Of a stretch of DNA of 64,000 bases, positions 20,612 through 29,518 are shown piece after piece. The DNA lies in contig CBFHZM010000001.1 of NCBI GenBank assembly GCA_965660195.1, forward strand, positions 9,096 to 73,095, written 5' to 3'. The stretch comes from Alphaproteobacteria bacterium (lineage in GTDB: Bacteria > Pseudomonadota > Alphaproteobacteria > RS24). Numbering within the stretch: position 1 is the first letter of the stretch; every line of letters begins with the position of its first letter. Made by a program: the position numbers and the translations under genes. The notes under the pieces are model-generated. The model saw nothing but the letters and a program-made list of their open reading frames with translations. It was not told the DNA's origin and ran no database searches.

Positions 20612-22069
20612 ATGGGTGTTCAACAAAAACAAGCAGAGATTCTAGATACGCCAGAAGCCGATATTCGGGCGATGATTGATAAGCAAAAACGCGCGCATAT
20701 TAATGAGGGGCCGATGACCGCTGAGCGTCGGATCGACCTTATCAATAGCTGTATTCGTTTGCTGATCGAAAATAAGGATGCCATCGTTGACGCGCTAAGT
20801 GCCGATTTTGGTAGCCGCTCGCCGGAAGGCTCTCTGGCAACTGATGTTGGCGGAACGCTTGGGTCGCTAAAATATGCCCGCAAAAATGTGAAGAAATGGA
20901 TGCGCGCCGAAAAGCGGCATTCGATGTTTCCGCTAAGCCTGTTCGGAGCGCGGACACGGGTTGAATATCAGCCGCTCGGCTGCGTTGGTAATGTGGTGCC
21001 GTGGAACTTCCCCTTCAATCTGGCTTTTGGTCCGATGGGGAGCATTTTTGCAGCCGGTAACCGGACAATCATTAAACCATCCGAATTTACACCGCATTGT
21101 TCTTTGCTGTTGAAGGAGTTGTGCGGCAAATATTTCGCCGAAGAAGATGTTGCGGTCGTGTTGGGAGGTCCGGATACGGGTGCCGTGTTCTCGCGCATGC
21201 CATTTGACCATTTGCTGTTTACGGGTGCGACGGCAATCGCCCATCACATTATGCGTGGTGCGGCTGAGAACTTGGTTCCCGTGACGCTCGAGCTCGGCGG
21301 TAAGTCGCCAGTGATCGTCTCGGATAGTGCCGATATGACGAAAACCGCGGCGCGGGTGATGACGGGCAAAACGCTCAATGCTGGTCAGATCTGTTTGGCC
21401 CCAGATTATGTCATGGTACCAAAAGGTAAGATCGACGGCTTCGTAGAAGCCGCTAGCAAGTCGGTGGAAACCATGTTCCCGAGCTTGAAAGAAAATGGCG
21501 ATTACACATCAATCATTAATCAACGTCATTATGATCGCCTGACGGGGTATCTCGAAGACGCGAAGGCCAAAGGCGCTAAGATTATTGAAATCAATCCGGC
21601 GAATGAAGATTTTTCACAGCAGGCGCATTTCAAAATTCCGCCGACCATTATTGTCGAGCCCACCGAAGATATGAAGGTGATGCAGGAAGAAATTTTTGGT
21701 CCGATCTTGCCGGTGAAATCCTATGACTCGATTGAGGATGCGATTGGTTACGTCAATGACCATGACCGCCCGCTAGGCTTGTATTATTTCGGCGAAAACA
21801 AGTCGGAAGAAGACAAGGTCGTCCAGCGGACAACATCCGGCGGCGTTGCCGTTAATGACGTGATCACCCACATCATGCAAGATGATGCCCCCTTTGGAGG
21901 TGTTGGCCCTTCTGGGACGGGCGCCTATCACGGTGTTGAAGGCTTCAAGAACTTCTCGCATGCCAAAACAGTGTTCCGGCAAACTTCGGTTGAAGCTCTG
22001 GCAGGTATTTTCCGTCCACCCTTTGGCCCGAAAATCCGCAAAATGATCGAAGGCCAGCTGAAAATGTAA
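20612..22069 (+). CDS. NAD(P)-dependent aldehyde dehydrogenase (coniferyl-aldehyde dehydrogenase-like)
   Basis: 485 aa with LELGGKSP and the catalytic Cys region NAGQICLAPDY. The SD AAGGAGG lies upstream of the start. Confidence 0.88.
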   Translation: MGVQQKQAEILDTPEADIRAMIDKQKRAHINEGPMTAERRIDLINSCIRLLIENKDAIVDALSADFGSRSPEGSLATDVGGTLGSLKYARKNVKKWMRAEKRHSMFPLSLFGARTRVEYQPLGCVGNVVPWNFPFNLAFGPMGSIFAAGNRTIIKPSEFTPHCSLLLKELCGKYFAEEDVAVVLGGPDTGAVFSRMPFDHLLFTGATAIAHHIMRGAAENLVPVTLELGGKSPVIVSDSADMTKTAARVMTGKTLNAGQICLAPDYVMVPKGKIDGFVEAASKSVETMFPSLKENGDYTSIINQRHYDRLTGYLEDAKAKGAKIIEINPANEDFSQQAHFKIPPTIIVEPTEDMKVMQEEIFGPILPVKSYDSIEDAIGYVNDHDRPLGLYYFGENKSEEDKVVQRTTSGGVAVNDVITHIMQDDAPFGGVGPSGTGAYHGVEGFKNFSHAKTVFRQTSVEALAGIFRPPFGPKIRKMIEGQLKM

Positions 22070-22093
22070 AGGCAGTTCGAGCCAAAGTCTGAG

Positions 22094-22126
22094 AAAAGGG
22101 GGAGCAGGTTCCCCCTTTTTTATTTT
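22094..22126 (+). terminator. Rho-independent terminator after aldehyde dehydrogenase
   Basis: AAAAGGGGGA / loop GCAGG / TTCCCCCTTTT followed by TTATTTT. It overlaps the last codons of the convergent helicase gene. Confidence 0.65.
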
Positions 22127-23577
22127 GAGATCGGGATCGATAAAAACGCTGGTGCGGCACCTTCAAAGGCATCTGACCCAGATTGTTTTTTAGCGCTTTC
22201 AGTTGGTTTTTCCTTCGCGCCTTTGGTCTCAGATTTTGGTGTCTTAGGTTTTTTAGCTTTACTGTTCTTATCAGGACCCTTCGCAGGCTCTGAGCTCGTT
22301 TCTGTTGCGACTTGCTCTACGGCGGCATCAGCCGCGCGCTCCTCGTTAGGAAACTTTGATAAGAGGCCGCGCCGCTTCGGGGGGCGCTTGTCTTGTTGTT
22401 TAGGCTCTTTGCGCGGCTGCTCGGCTTTGCTCGGAGCTTTACTTTCGGTCTGAGCCCCTGGCTCGTCCATCTCATGTTTTGGGATGGTGCGTCCGATCAA
22501 GCTCTCAATTGCAGCGAGATATTTCTCGTCATGCTGCGTAACGAAACAAAAGGCGCGGCCGGTGCGGCCAGCGCGGCCCGTCCGGCCGATGCGATGAACA
22601 TAATCCTCGGCATGGGTCGGGGTGTCAAAATTAAAAACGTGGCTGACATCGGGAATATCGAGACCGCGCGCGGCGACATCGCTGGCGATCAGAAATTGAC
22701 TTGCACCAGTACGAAAGCCATCGAGCTGGCGTAAGCGCATATGCTGATCCATGTCGCCATGAAGCGCGCAAACGCTAAAGCCACTTGTCTCTAAAGCCCG
22801 CAGCAAAGTGCCTATGTCGCGTTTACGGTTGCAGAAGATAATCCCGTTTTTGACGTCTTCCGACCGGAACAAGGATTTCAATAGGTCGGTTTTTCTCGCC
22901 TGCGAGGTATGCACGACAAACTGCGCAACGGCATCATTGGTGGCGGCTGGGCGTGTGACTTCGATGCGCGCCGCAGCTTGCAAGAATTGCTCCGACAGGC
23001 GCGTGATTTCGGGCGGCATGGTGGCCGAGAAAAACAGCGTTTGTCGGGTAAAAGGCAATAACTTTACGATCCGCTCAATATCGGGAATGAACCCCATATC
23101 GAGCATGCGATCGGCCTCGTCGATGACGAGAACCTCAACACCCCGCAGCATAACCTTGCCGCGCTCGACATGGTCGAGAAGCCGACCTGGTGTTGCAATC
23201 AGAACATCAGCACCACGCTCGATTGCTTTCTCTTGATCGCCAAAAGCGACGCCACCGATCAACAGGGCTTTAGTTAGACGCGTATATTTTCCGTAGAGGT
23301 CAAAGTTCTCAGCCACCTGCGCCGCGAGTTCGCGAGTCGGTTCCAAAATGAGTGTACGCGGCATGCGGGCTTTGGCGCGCCCCTTCATCAGGCGATGGAT
23401 CATCGGCAGGGTAAACGAGGCCGTTTTGCCGGTCCCTGTTTGCGCGATGCCCAAAACATCTCGTCCCGCCAGAACTTCTGGAATTGCTTTTTCTTGGATG
23501 GGTGTCGGGGTGGAATAGCCCACATCGGAAATCGCGCGCAAAATCTCAGGCGCGAGTGCTAAATCATCAAATGTCAT
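22120..23577 (-). CDS. DEAD-box ATP-dependent RNA helicase (RhlE-like) with long basic C-terminal tail
   Basis: Q-motif TPTPIQ, AQTGTGKT, DEAD, SAT and HRIGRTGRAG, plus a C-terminal K/P/E-rich region of about 110 aa. Confidence 0.9.
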   Translation of the reverse strand: MTFDDLALAPEILRAISDVGYSTPTPIQEKAIPEVLAGRDVLGIAQTGTGKTASFTLPMIHRLMKGRAKARMPRTLILEPTRELAAQVAENFDLYGKYTRLTKALLIGGVAFGDQEKAIERGADVLIATPGRLLDHVERGKVMLRGVEVLVIDEADRMLDMGFIPDIERIVKLLPFTRQTLFFSATMPPEITRLSEQFLQAAARIEVTRPAATNDAVAQFVVHTSQARKTDLLKSLFRSEDVKNGIIFCNRKRDIGTLLRALETSGFSVCALHGDMDQHMRLRQLDGFRTGASQFLIASDVAARGLDIPDVSHVFNFDTPTHAEDYVHRIGRTGRAGRTGRAFCFVTQHDEKYLAAIESLIGRTIPKHEMDEPGAQTESKAPSKAEQPRKEPKQQDKRPPKRRGLLSKFPNEERAADAAVEQVATETSSEPAKGPDKNSKAKKPKTPKSETKGAKEKPTESAKKQSGSDAFEGAAPAFLSIPISK

Positions 23578-23767
23578 ATAACCGCCATTGTTGTTTCAAT
23601 TTTTTGCGAGTTGTGGTCTTGGTCCCAATACCATGAAGCCGCAGAGCCTCGCGATCTTTGATCTCTGTGTGGAGATCTTCCAGGCCACAATGGCCCGGCC
23701 CTAGGGCTGACTTTTTGTCAGCCAGAATTAGCGCGACAATAGTCGAGTGCAGTTAAAAGTCAATCTG

Positions 23768-25807
23768 CTAAATATCCAAGGCCTCTGCAAAGACCGCGTT
23801 TTCTTGAATGAACTTAAAGCGCAACTCGGCTTTATTGCCCATCAGTTGTTGCACGACATCGGCGGTTTGCTTGCGCTCATCTTCAGGGATAACAATTTGC
23901 AGTAATGTCCGTTTGCCAGGCAACATGGTGGTCTCTTTCAGCTGCGCGGGAAGCATTTCGCCGAGCCCTTTAAAGCGGCTGACATCAACTTTTGCATTGG
24001 CGCGAAACTCTGATTTTAGAACACGCTCTCGTTCCTCATCATCGCGCACATAAATAATTTTGCCGCCTTGGCTGAGGCGATAGAGCGGCGGTACGGCGAG
24101 ATAGAGGTGTCCGTTTTTGATAAGCTCCGGCATTTCTTCATGGAAGAAGGTGATCAGCAGTGACGCGATATGCGCTCCGTCGACATCGGCATCGGTCATG
24201 ATGATAACCTTCTCGTAGCGTAAGCGATCATCGCGATAGGCCGAGCCGATACCGCACCCCAGGGCCAACACAAGATCGGCTAACTGCTGATTGGCCTGAA
24301 TTTTATTACCCGTTGCATTGGCGACATTGAGAATTTTGCCGCGTAACGGCAGGATAGCCTGGTTGGCACGATTGCGGGCTTGTTTGGCGGAACCGCCAGC
24401 GCTATCGCCCTCGACAATAAATAATTCAGCCCCCTTGGCGGCACTTTGCGAACAATCGGCGAGCTTGCCTGGCAAACGTAGTTTGCGGGTCGCCGATTTG
24501 CGGCTAACATCTTTTTCTTGTCGGCGCCGGACGCGTTCTTCGGCGCGATCGATTACCCAGTCGAGCAGCTTATTTGCATCTTGCGGCGCATTTGACAGCC
24601 AATGTTCGAAATGATCGCGCACCGTCTGTTCGACAATGCGCGTTGCTTCGGGGGAGGCTAGTTTATCTTTGGTCTGGCCTTGAAACTCTGGCTCGCGGAT
24701 AAAAACCGAAACTAACGAGGTTGCTGAGGCCATTACATCATCGGCCGTAATCATGCTAACTTTCTTGTTATTGGCCAGTTCACCATAGGCTTTCAACCCC
24801 TTGGCAAGAGCGTTACGCAGACCCTGCTCATGGGTGCCGCCCTCTGGCGTTGGTACAGTGTTGCAATAGCTAGCCGAGTGACCATCAATACCGCCCACCC
24901 AACTCACCGCCCATTCGACGGAGCCGTGCCGGCCGTCTTTAATGACCTTGCCAGAGAACGGGGTTGGCGTGACTGTTGGATTTGATCCAATTTGCGCCCG
25001 CAGATAATCGCTGAGCCCGTCGGGGAATTTCAAAATATCTTCAGTCGGGGTGTCGTCCGAGATGATGCTGGCATCGCAATGCCAGCGGATTTCGACGCCG
25101 CCAAAAAGATAGGCCTTTGCCTTCGCCATGGCGTAGAGGCGGGCGGGTTCAAAATGGGCCTTACCGCCAAAAATATCGGGGTCGGGGTGGAACTTCACTA
25201 ATGTGCCGCGTTGGTTTTTAGACGCCCCTAGGTTTTTCAGCTTACCCTTGGGAATGCCGCGGGCAAATTTTTGCTCATAGAGCTGCTTGTCGCGCGCGAC
25301 CTGTACGGTCAGTTGGTCGGATAAAGCATTAACCACCGAGACACCAACCCCATGCAAACCGCCCGAGGTTTCATAAGCGGCGCCGCCAAATTTGCCGCCG
25401 GCATGTAGTGTCGTCATAATGACCTCAAGTGCCGATTTGTCCTTGAACCGCGGGTGCTGGTCGACCGGAATGCCGCGGCCATTATCGCGAACACTAAGCC
25501 AATCATCTGGCTCGAGATGCACCTCAATGTGAGTGGCGTGACCAGCCACGGCCTCATCCATGGCATTGTCGATCACTTCGGCAAAGAGGTGGTGCAGGGC
25601 GCGCGTGTCGGTGCCACCAATATACATGCCGGGGCGCCGCCGAACCGGCTCGAGCCCTTCAAGAACCTCGATGTCTTTCGCCGTATAGCCGTCTTTGGCA
25701 TTGCGACCGCGCCCAGCCGGTGCCTTCTCGCCATCAAAAAGATCGGCGGCTTTGCGGGGGGCGGCTTTGGTTGTTGCTTTGCCGGTCTTTTTGGGAGCTT
25801 TTGCCAT
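23768..25807 (-). CDS. parE: DNA topoisomerase IV subunit B
   Basis: 679 aa with a GHKL ATPase (EVIDNAMDE, DNGRGIP), TOPRIM EGDSAGG and PLRGKILNV. It has a lysine-rich N-terminal extension and lacks the GyrB-type insertion length. Confidence 0.88.
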   Translation of the reverse strand: MAKAPKKTGKATTKAAPRKAADLFDGEKAPAGRGRNAKDGYTAKDIEVLEGLEPVRRRPGMYIGGTDTRALHHLFAEVIDNAMDEAVAGHATHIEVHLEPDDWLSVRDNGRGIPVDQHPRFKDKSALEVIMTTLHAGGKFGGAAYETSGGLHGVGVSVVNALSDQLTVQVARDKQLYEQKFARGIPKGKLKNLGASKNQRGTLVKFHPDPDIFGGKAHFEPARLYAMAKAKAYLFGGVEIRWHCDASIISDDTPTEDILKFPDGLSDYLRAQIGSNPTVTPTPFSGKVIKDGRHGSVEWAVSWVGGIDGHSASYCNTVPTPEGGTHEQGLRNALAKGLKAYGELANNKKVSMITADDVMASATSLVSVFIREPEFQGQTKDKLASPEATRIVEQTVRDHFEHWLSNAPQDANKLLDWVIDRAEERVRRRQEKDVSRKSATRKLRLPGKLADCSQSAAKGAELFIVEGDSAGGSAKQARNRANQAILPLRGKILNVANATGNKIQANQQLADLVLALGCGIGSAYRDDRLRYEKVIIMTDADVDGAHIASLLITFFHEEMPELIKNGHLYLAVPPLYRLSQGGKIIYVRDDEERERVLKSEFRANAKVDVSRFKGLGEMLPAQLKETTMLPGKRTLLQIVIPEDERKQTADVVQQLMGNKAELRFKFIQENAVFAEALDI

Positions 25808-25831
25808 TTTGGATCTCCAGCGAAGCTATGC

Positions 25832-25861
25832 CGCGACAATACGCGACAATACGCGACAATA
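25832..25861. repeat. 3x perfect tandem repeat of the 10-mer CGCGACAATA in the parE / oxidoreductase divergent intergenic region
   Basis: Direct reading: units at 25832-25841, 25842-25851 and 25852-25861. The last unit plus G recurs at 23732-23742. Confidence 0.9.
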
Positions 25862-25949
25862 GCTATCGAATCAGAATTCTAATTAGTGCTATACTACGGC
25901 TTACCGTCGCAAAGGGAAGCGCTATGGCGAAACTCCTCTGCGTATTGAA

Positions 25950-27293
25950 ATGAAATACTATGTTGGGAGTAAAAGCTTGGCCATTACCTCTATTTCGTCA
26001 AAACTTAAATTGCCTTGCGGCGTCACCGTTAAAAATCGTTTCTGTAAAGCGGCGATGACCGAGGGGTTGGCCTCGCCCGATAATTCAGCAACCGCACAAC
26101 ATGCGCAGCTTTATGCGAAATGGGCTCAGGGAGGTTCTGGAATTTTGCTGACAGGCAATGTCCAAGTCGACCATCGTTATCTTGAGCGCCCCGGTAATGT
26201 TGTAATCGAGGGGCGGCAGTCAAAAGAGCAAAAAGATGCATTGCGCGCTTGGGCCAAGGCTGGAACACAAAATGATACGCATTTGTGGATGCAAATATCG
26301 CATGCTGGGCGGCAAACGCCGGCCGCAGTTAACCCTAACCCTGTTGGACCCTCAGATATCGGCCTAAAAATGCCGGGGGCGCAATTCGGGACGCCGCGGC
26401 CGCTGACCGAAAAAGAAATTCTAGATGTCATTAAACGCTTTGCGCATACCGCCAAGATAGCCCGCGAAACTGGTTTTACGGGCGTGCAAATTCATGCCGC
26501 GCATGGCTATTTGATTTCAGAGTTTTTATCACCCGATTTGAATACCCGTACCGATGATTGGGGTGGTTCGCTCGAAAATCGGGCGCGTCTTTTGCTTGAA
26601 GTTGTTCGAGCCGTTCGTCAGGCCGTCGGCGCCGACTTCCCGATTTCGGTAAAATTGAATTCAGCCGATTTTCAACGCGGAGGATTTTCGCACGAGGATG
26701 CAGTTGAGGTGGCCCGTTGGTTGAATAAAGAAAAAATCGATCTACTGGAAGTTTCGGGCGGCACTTATGAGCAGCCGAAGCTCGTGGGTCTCGACAATAT
26801 GACAGTCAACCCCGACCGCGCCGAACAGCGCCGCGAAAGCACCATTGCGAGAGAGGCCTATTTCTTGGATTACGCCCGCGATATTCGGGCGGTGATGAAA
26901 AAACCTCTTATGGTCACGGGGGGCTTTCGGACCGTTGCCGGCATGTCCGCTGCGCTCGAAGCAAAAGCCTGTGACGTTATTGGTATTGGTCGGCCGCTCT
27001 GTGCCGATACCGATATTATCAATAAATTGCTGTCCGGGGCGTTGAGCGAAGCACCGAGTTGGGAGAAGAATTTGCGCATTGGGCCAGGCTGGCTCGGGCC
27101 TAATTCGCCGTTCCGCATGATGACGGCCTTTAATGGCTGGGGACAGCAAGGGTGGTTCTGTATGAATATTCTCAATATTGGGCGACATGGGGCGCCTGAT
27201 CCCTCAATGGGAGTTTTAAAGGCGCTTCGTCTATATTTGAAAAATGAAGAAGCCGCGGCTGCTGCCTATAACGCCTATCGCTCTGCGCAATAG
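25950..27293 (+). CDS. NADH:flavin oxidoreductase (Old Yellow Enzyme family)
   Basis: KNRFCKAAMTE, HAAHGYLISEFLSP and the TIM-barrel OYE pattern. The start is uncertain: ATG at 25950, or TTG at 25976 which is preceded by GGGAG. Confidence 0.85.
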   Translation: MKYYVGSKSLAITSISSKLKLPCGVTVKNRFCKAAMTEGLASPDNSATAQHAQLYAKWAQGGSGILLTGNVQVDHRYLERPGNVVIEGRQSKEQKDALRAWAKAGTQNDTHLWMQISHAGRQTPAAVNPNPVGPSDIGLKMPGAQFGTPRPLTEKEILDVIKRFAHTAKIARETGFTGVQIHAAHGYLISEFLSPDLNTRTDDWGGSLENRARLLLEVVRAVRQAVGADFPISVKLNSADFQRGGFSHEDAVEVARWLNKEKIDLLEVSGGTYEQPKLVGLDNMTVNPDRAEQRRESTIAREAYFLDYARDIRAVMKKPLMVTGGFRTVAGMSAALEAKACDVIGIGRPLCADTDIINKLLSGALSEAPSWEKNLRIGPGWLGPNSPFRMMTAFNGWGQQGWFCMNILNIGRHGAPDPSMGVLKALRLYLKNEEAAAAAYNAYRSAQ

Positions 27294-27302
27294 TTAAAAA
27301 AA

Positions 27303-27327
27303 AGGCCGGGACAAGCCCGGCCTTTTT
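27303..27327. terminator. Bidirectional rho-independent terminator between oxidoreductase (+) and glnA (-)
   Basis: AGGCCGGG / loop ACAAG / CCCGGCCT, flanked by an A-run on the left and a T-run on the right. Confidence 0.7.
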
Positions 27328-27341
27328 ATCTGGTTAAGCTG

Positions 27342-28751
27342 TCAGACGCTGTAATACATGTCGAACTCAACCGGATGCGGTGTGTGCTCGAAGCGGTAAA
27401 CTTCTTGCCATTTCAGCTCGATATAGGCGTCGATTTGGTCGTCATCCATGACCCCGCCTTTTTTCAAGAATTCACGGTCGGCATCGAGGGCTTCGAGCGC
27501 TTCACGCAGTGAACCACAGACTTGCGGAACGTTTTTCAGCTCCTCTGGTGGCAGCTCGTAAAGGTCTTTGTCCATCGAGGGGCCTGGATCGATCTTATTC
27601 TCGATGCCGTCCAAACCAGCCATCAACATTGCTGTGAAGGCGAGATAAGGGTTGGCTGTCGGATCGGGGAAGCGAACCTCAACGCGCTTAGCTTTCGGCG
27701 ATGTCGAATAAGGAATACGACATGAAGCTGAGCGGTTGCGCGATGAATAAGCCAACAGAACGGGGGCCTCAAAGCCAGGGATCAACCGTTTGTAAGAGTT
27801 GGTCGATGGGTTGGTGAGGGCGTTAATAGCTTTGGCATGTTTGATCACGCCGCCAATGTAGTAGAGGCACTCTTGCGACAGGCCGGCATACTTGTCACCT
27901 GCGAAAAGCGGCTTACCGTCTTTCCAGATTGATTGGTGCACATGCATACCTGAGCCGTTATCGCCAGCAACTGGTTTCGGCATGAAGGTTGCGGTTTTGC
28001 CATAAGCATGTGCCACGTTGTGGATCACATATTTATACATCTGAATAGCGTCACCCATTGAGGTAAGGGAGCCGAATTTCAGACCCAATTCATGCTGGGC
28101 AGAGGCGACCTCGTGGTGATGCTTTTCGACATTAAGGCCGATTTCACGCATCACGGAGAGCATTTCGCCGCGAATATCTTGACCGCTATCAACAGGGTTT
28201 ACAGGGAAGTAGCCGCCTTTGGTGCGAGGACGGTGACCCATATTGCCGACTTCATATTCGGTAGCGCTGTTGGACGGCAGCTCAACGCTGTCGAGAAGGA
28301 AACCCGTGCTATAGGGGTCAGTCGAGAAACGAACGTCATCAAATATGAAAAATTCTGCTTCGGGGCCAATGAAGACGGAATCACCAATGCCGGTTGATTT
28401 CAGATAAGCCTCAGCGCGCAAAGCAGTCGAGCGCGGGTCGCGATTATAAGGTTCGCCTGAGGCCGGATCTAGAATGTCGCAAAATAGCGTCAGGGTCGGT
28501 TCGGCGTAGAACGGATCCATTGATACTGTTGACGGATCGGGCATCAAAATCATGTCGGACTCGTTAATAGCTTTCCAGCCGGCGATTGAGGAGCCATCGA
28601 ACATCGTTCCCTCGGCGAAGAAGTCTTCGTCCACGAGCGACTGATCGAGTGTTAAGTGTTGCATTTTCCCGCGCGGGTCTGTGAAGCGAAGGTCAACATA
28701 GTTAATCCCTTCGTCTTTGATTTTTTTCAGAATTGAAGAAGCGTCTGACAT
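27342..28751 (-). CDS. glnA: Glutamine synthetase type I
   Basis: 469 aa. It has GSGMHVHQS, the adenylylation-loop region [10 protein letters not shown] and NPYL. Confidence 0.95.
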   Translation of the reverse strand: MSDASSILKKIKDEGINYVDLRFTDPRGKMQHLTLDQSLVDEDFFAEGTMFDGSSIAGWKAINESDMILMPDPSTVSMDPFYAEPTLTLFCDILDPASGEPYNRDPRSTALRAEAYLKSTGIGDSVFIGPEAEFFIFDDVRFSTDPYSTGFLLDSVELPSNSATEYEVGNMGHRPRTKGGYFPVNPVDSGQDIRGEMLSVMREIGLNVEKHHHEVASAQHELGLKFGSLTSMGDAIQMYKYVIHNVAHAYGKTATFMPKPVAGDNGSGMHVHQSIWKDGKPLFAGDKYAGLSQECLYYIGGVIKHAKAINALTNPSTNSYKRLIPGFEAPVLLAYSSRNRSASCRIPYSTSPKAKRVEVRFPDPTANPYLAFTAMLMAGLDGIENKIDPGPSMDKDLYELPPEELKNVPQVCGSLREALEALDADREFLKKGGVMDDDQIDAYIELKWQEVYRFEHTPHPVEFDMYYSV

Positions 28752-28783
28752 AATTCTCTCCAGTTAAAACAATAAAAATTAAA

Positions 28784-29128
<345 letters not shown>

Positions 29129-29387
29129 CTACCTCCATACAAACAATGAACAAGGCCGTCTCAGGAACCGATTAAGTCCGAGCGGTCTTAAAAGATCTCA
29201 CGCCTCGACCAACCATTGTCAGTCGAATTTATACAGGGACCGTGCCAACTTTTACGACATCTAACCTCTGACGCTTATGCGGCTGACCTGTCAATTTTTG
29301 AGGTGGAGTCAACGCTCTCATGGGAGGCGTCATGCATCACGCCGCCGTTAGGTCTGAGAGATATTCTCCAAAAAACTAGGCGTGCCT

Positions 29388-29414
29388 AATATTTAATCAA
29401 GTTGATTAAATATT
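29388..29414. promoter_or_regulatory. Perfect 27-bp palindrome AATATTTAATCAA-G-TTGATTAAATATT (candidate operator)
   Basis: Direct reading shows 13-bp arms that are exact reverse complements around a single central base. It lies in the ~400-bp divergent region between glnB and the thiolase-like gene. Confidence 0.5.
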
Positions 29415-29518
29415 GAGCAAACACAGATCTTGTGTTTGTTGGCTTCGGAATTTAAACCAGTAGCAATCAGTCTCACCTTAATAACAGGTGTGAGCATTTA
29501 TAACTGAGGGAGCCCAGT

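Noticed and set aside
23578-23767. 23-aa ORF (MKPQSLAIFDLCVEIFQATMARP) and hairpins in the DEAD-box helicase leader / parE 3' region.
   Set aside because: The ORF has no SD. The GGCTGAC-TTTTT-GTCAGCC and GATCTC-TGTGTG-GAGATC stems are short and are plausibly ordinary 5'-UTR or 3'-end structure, so nothing specific can be claimed.
25832-25861. Possible CRISPR or minisatellite.
   Set aside because: There are only three contiguous 10-bp units with no spacers and no cas genes. It is kept as a regulatory-repeat observation instead.
29391-29411. CtrA-like TTAA...TTAA within the 27-bp palindrome.
   Set aside because: The spacing is TTAA-N9-TTAA, whereas the CtrA consensus is TTAA-N7-TTAA.
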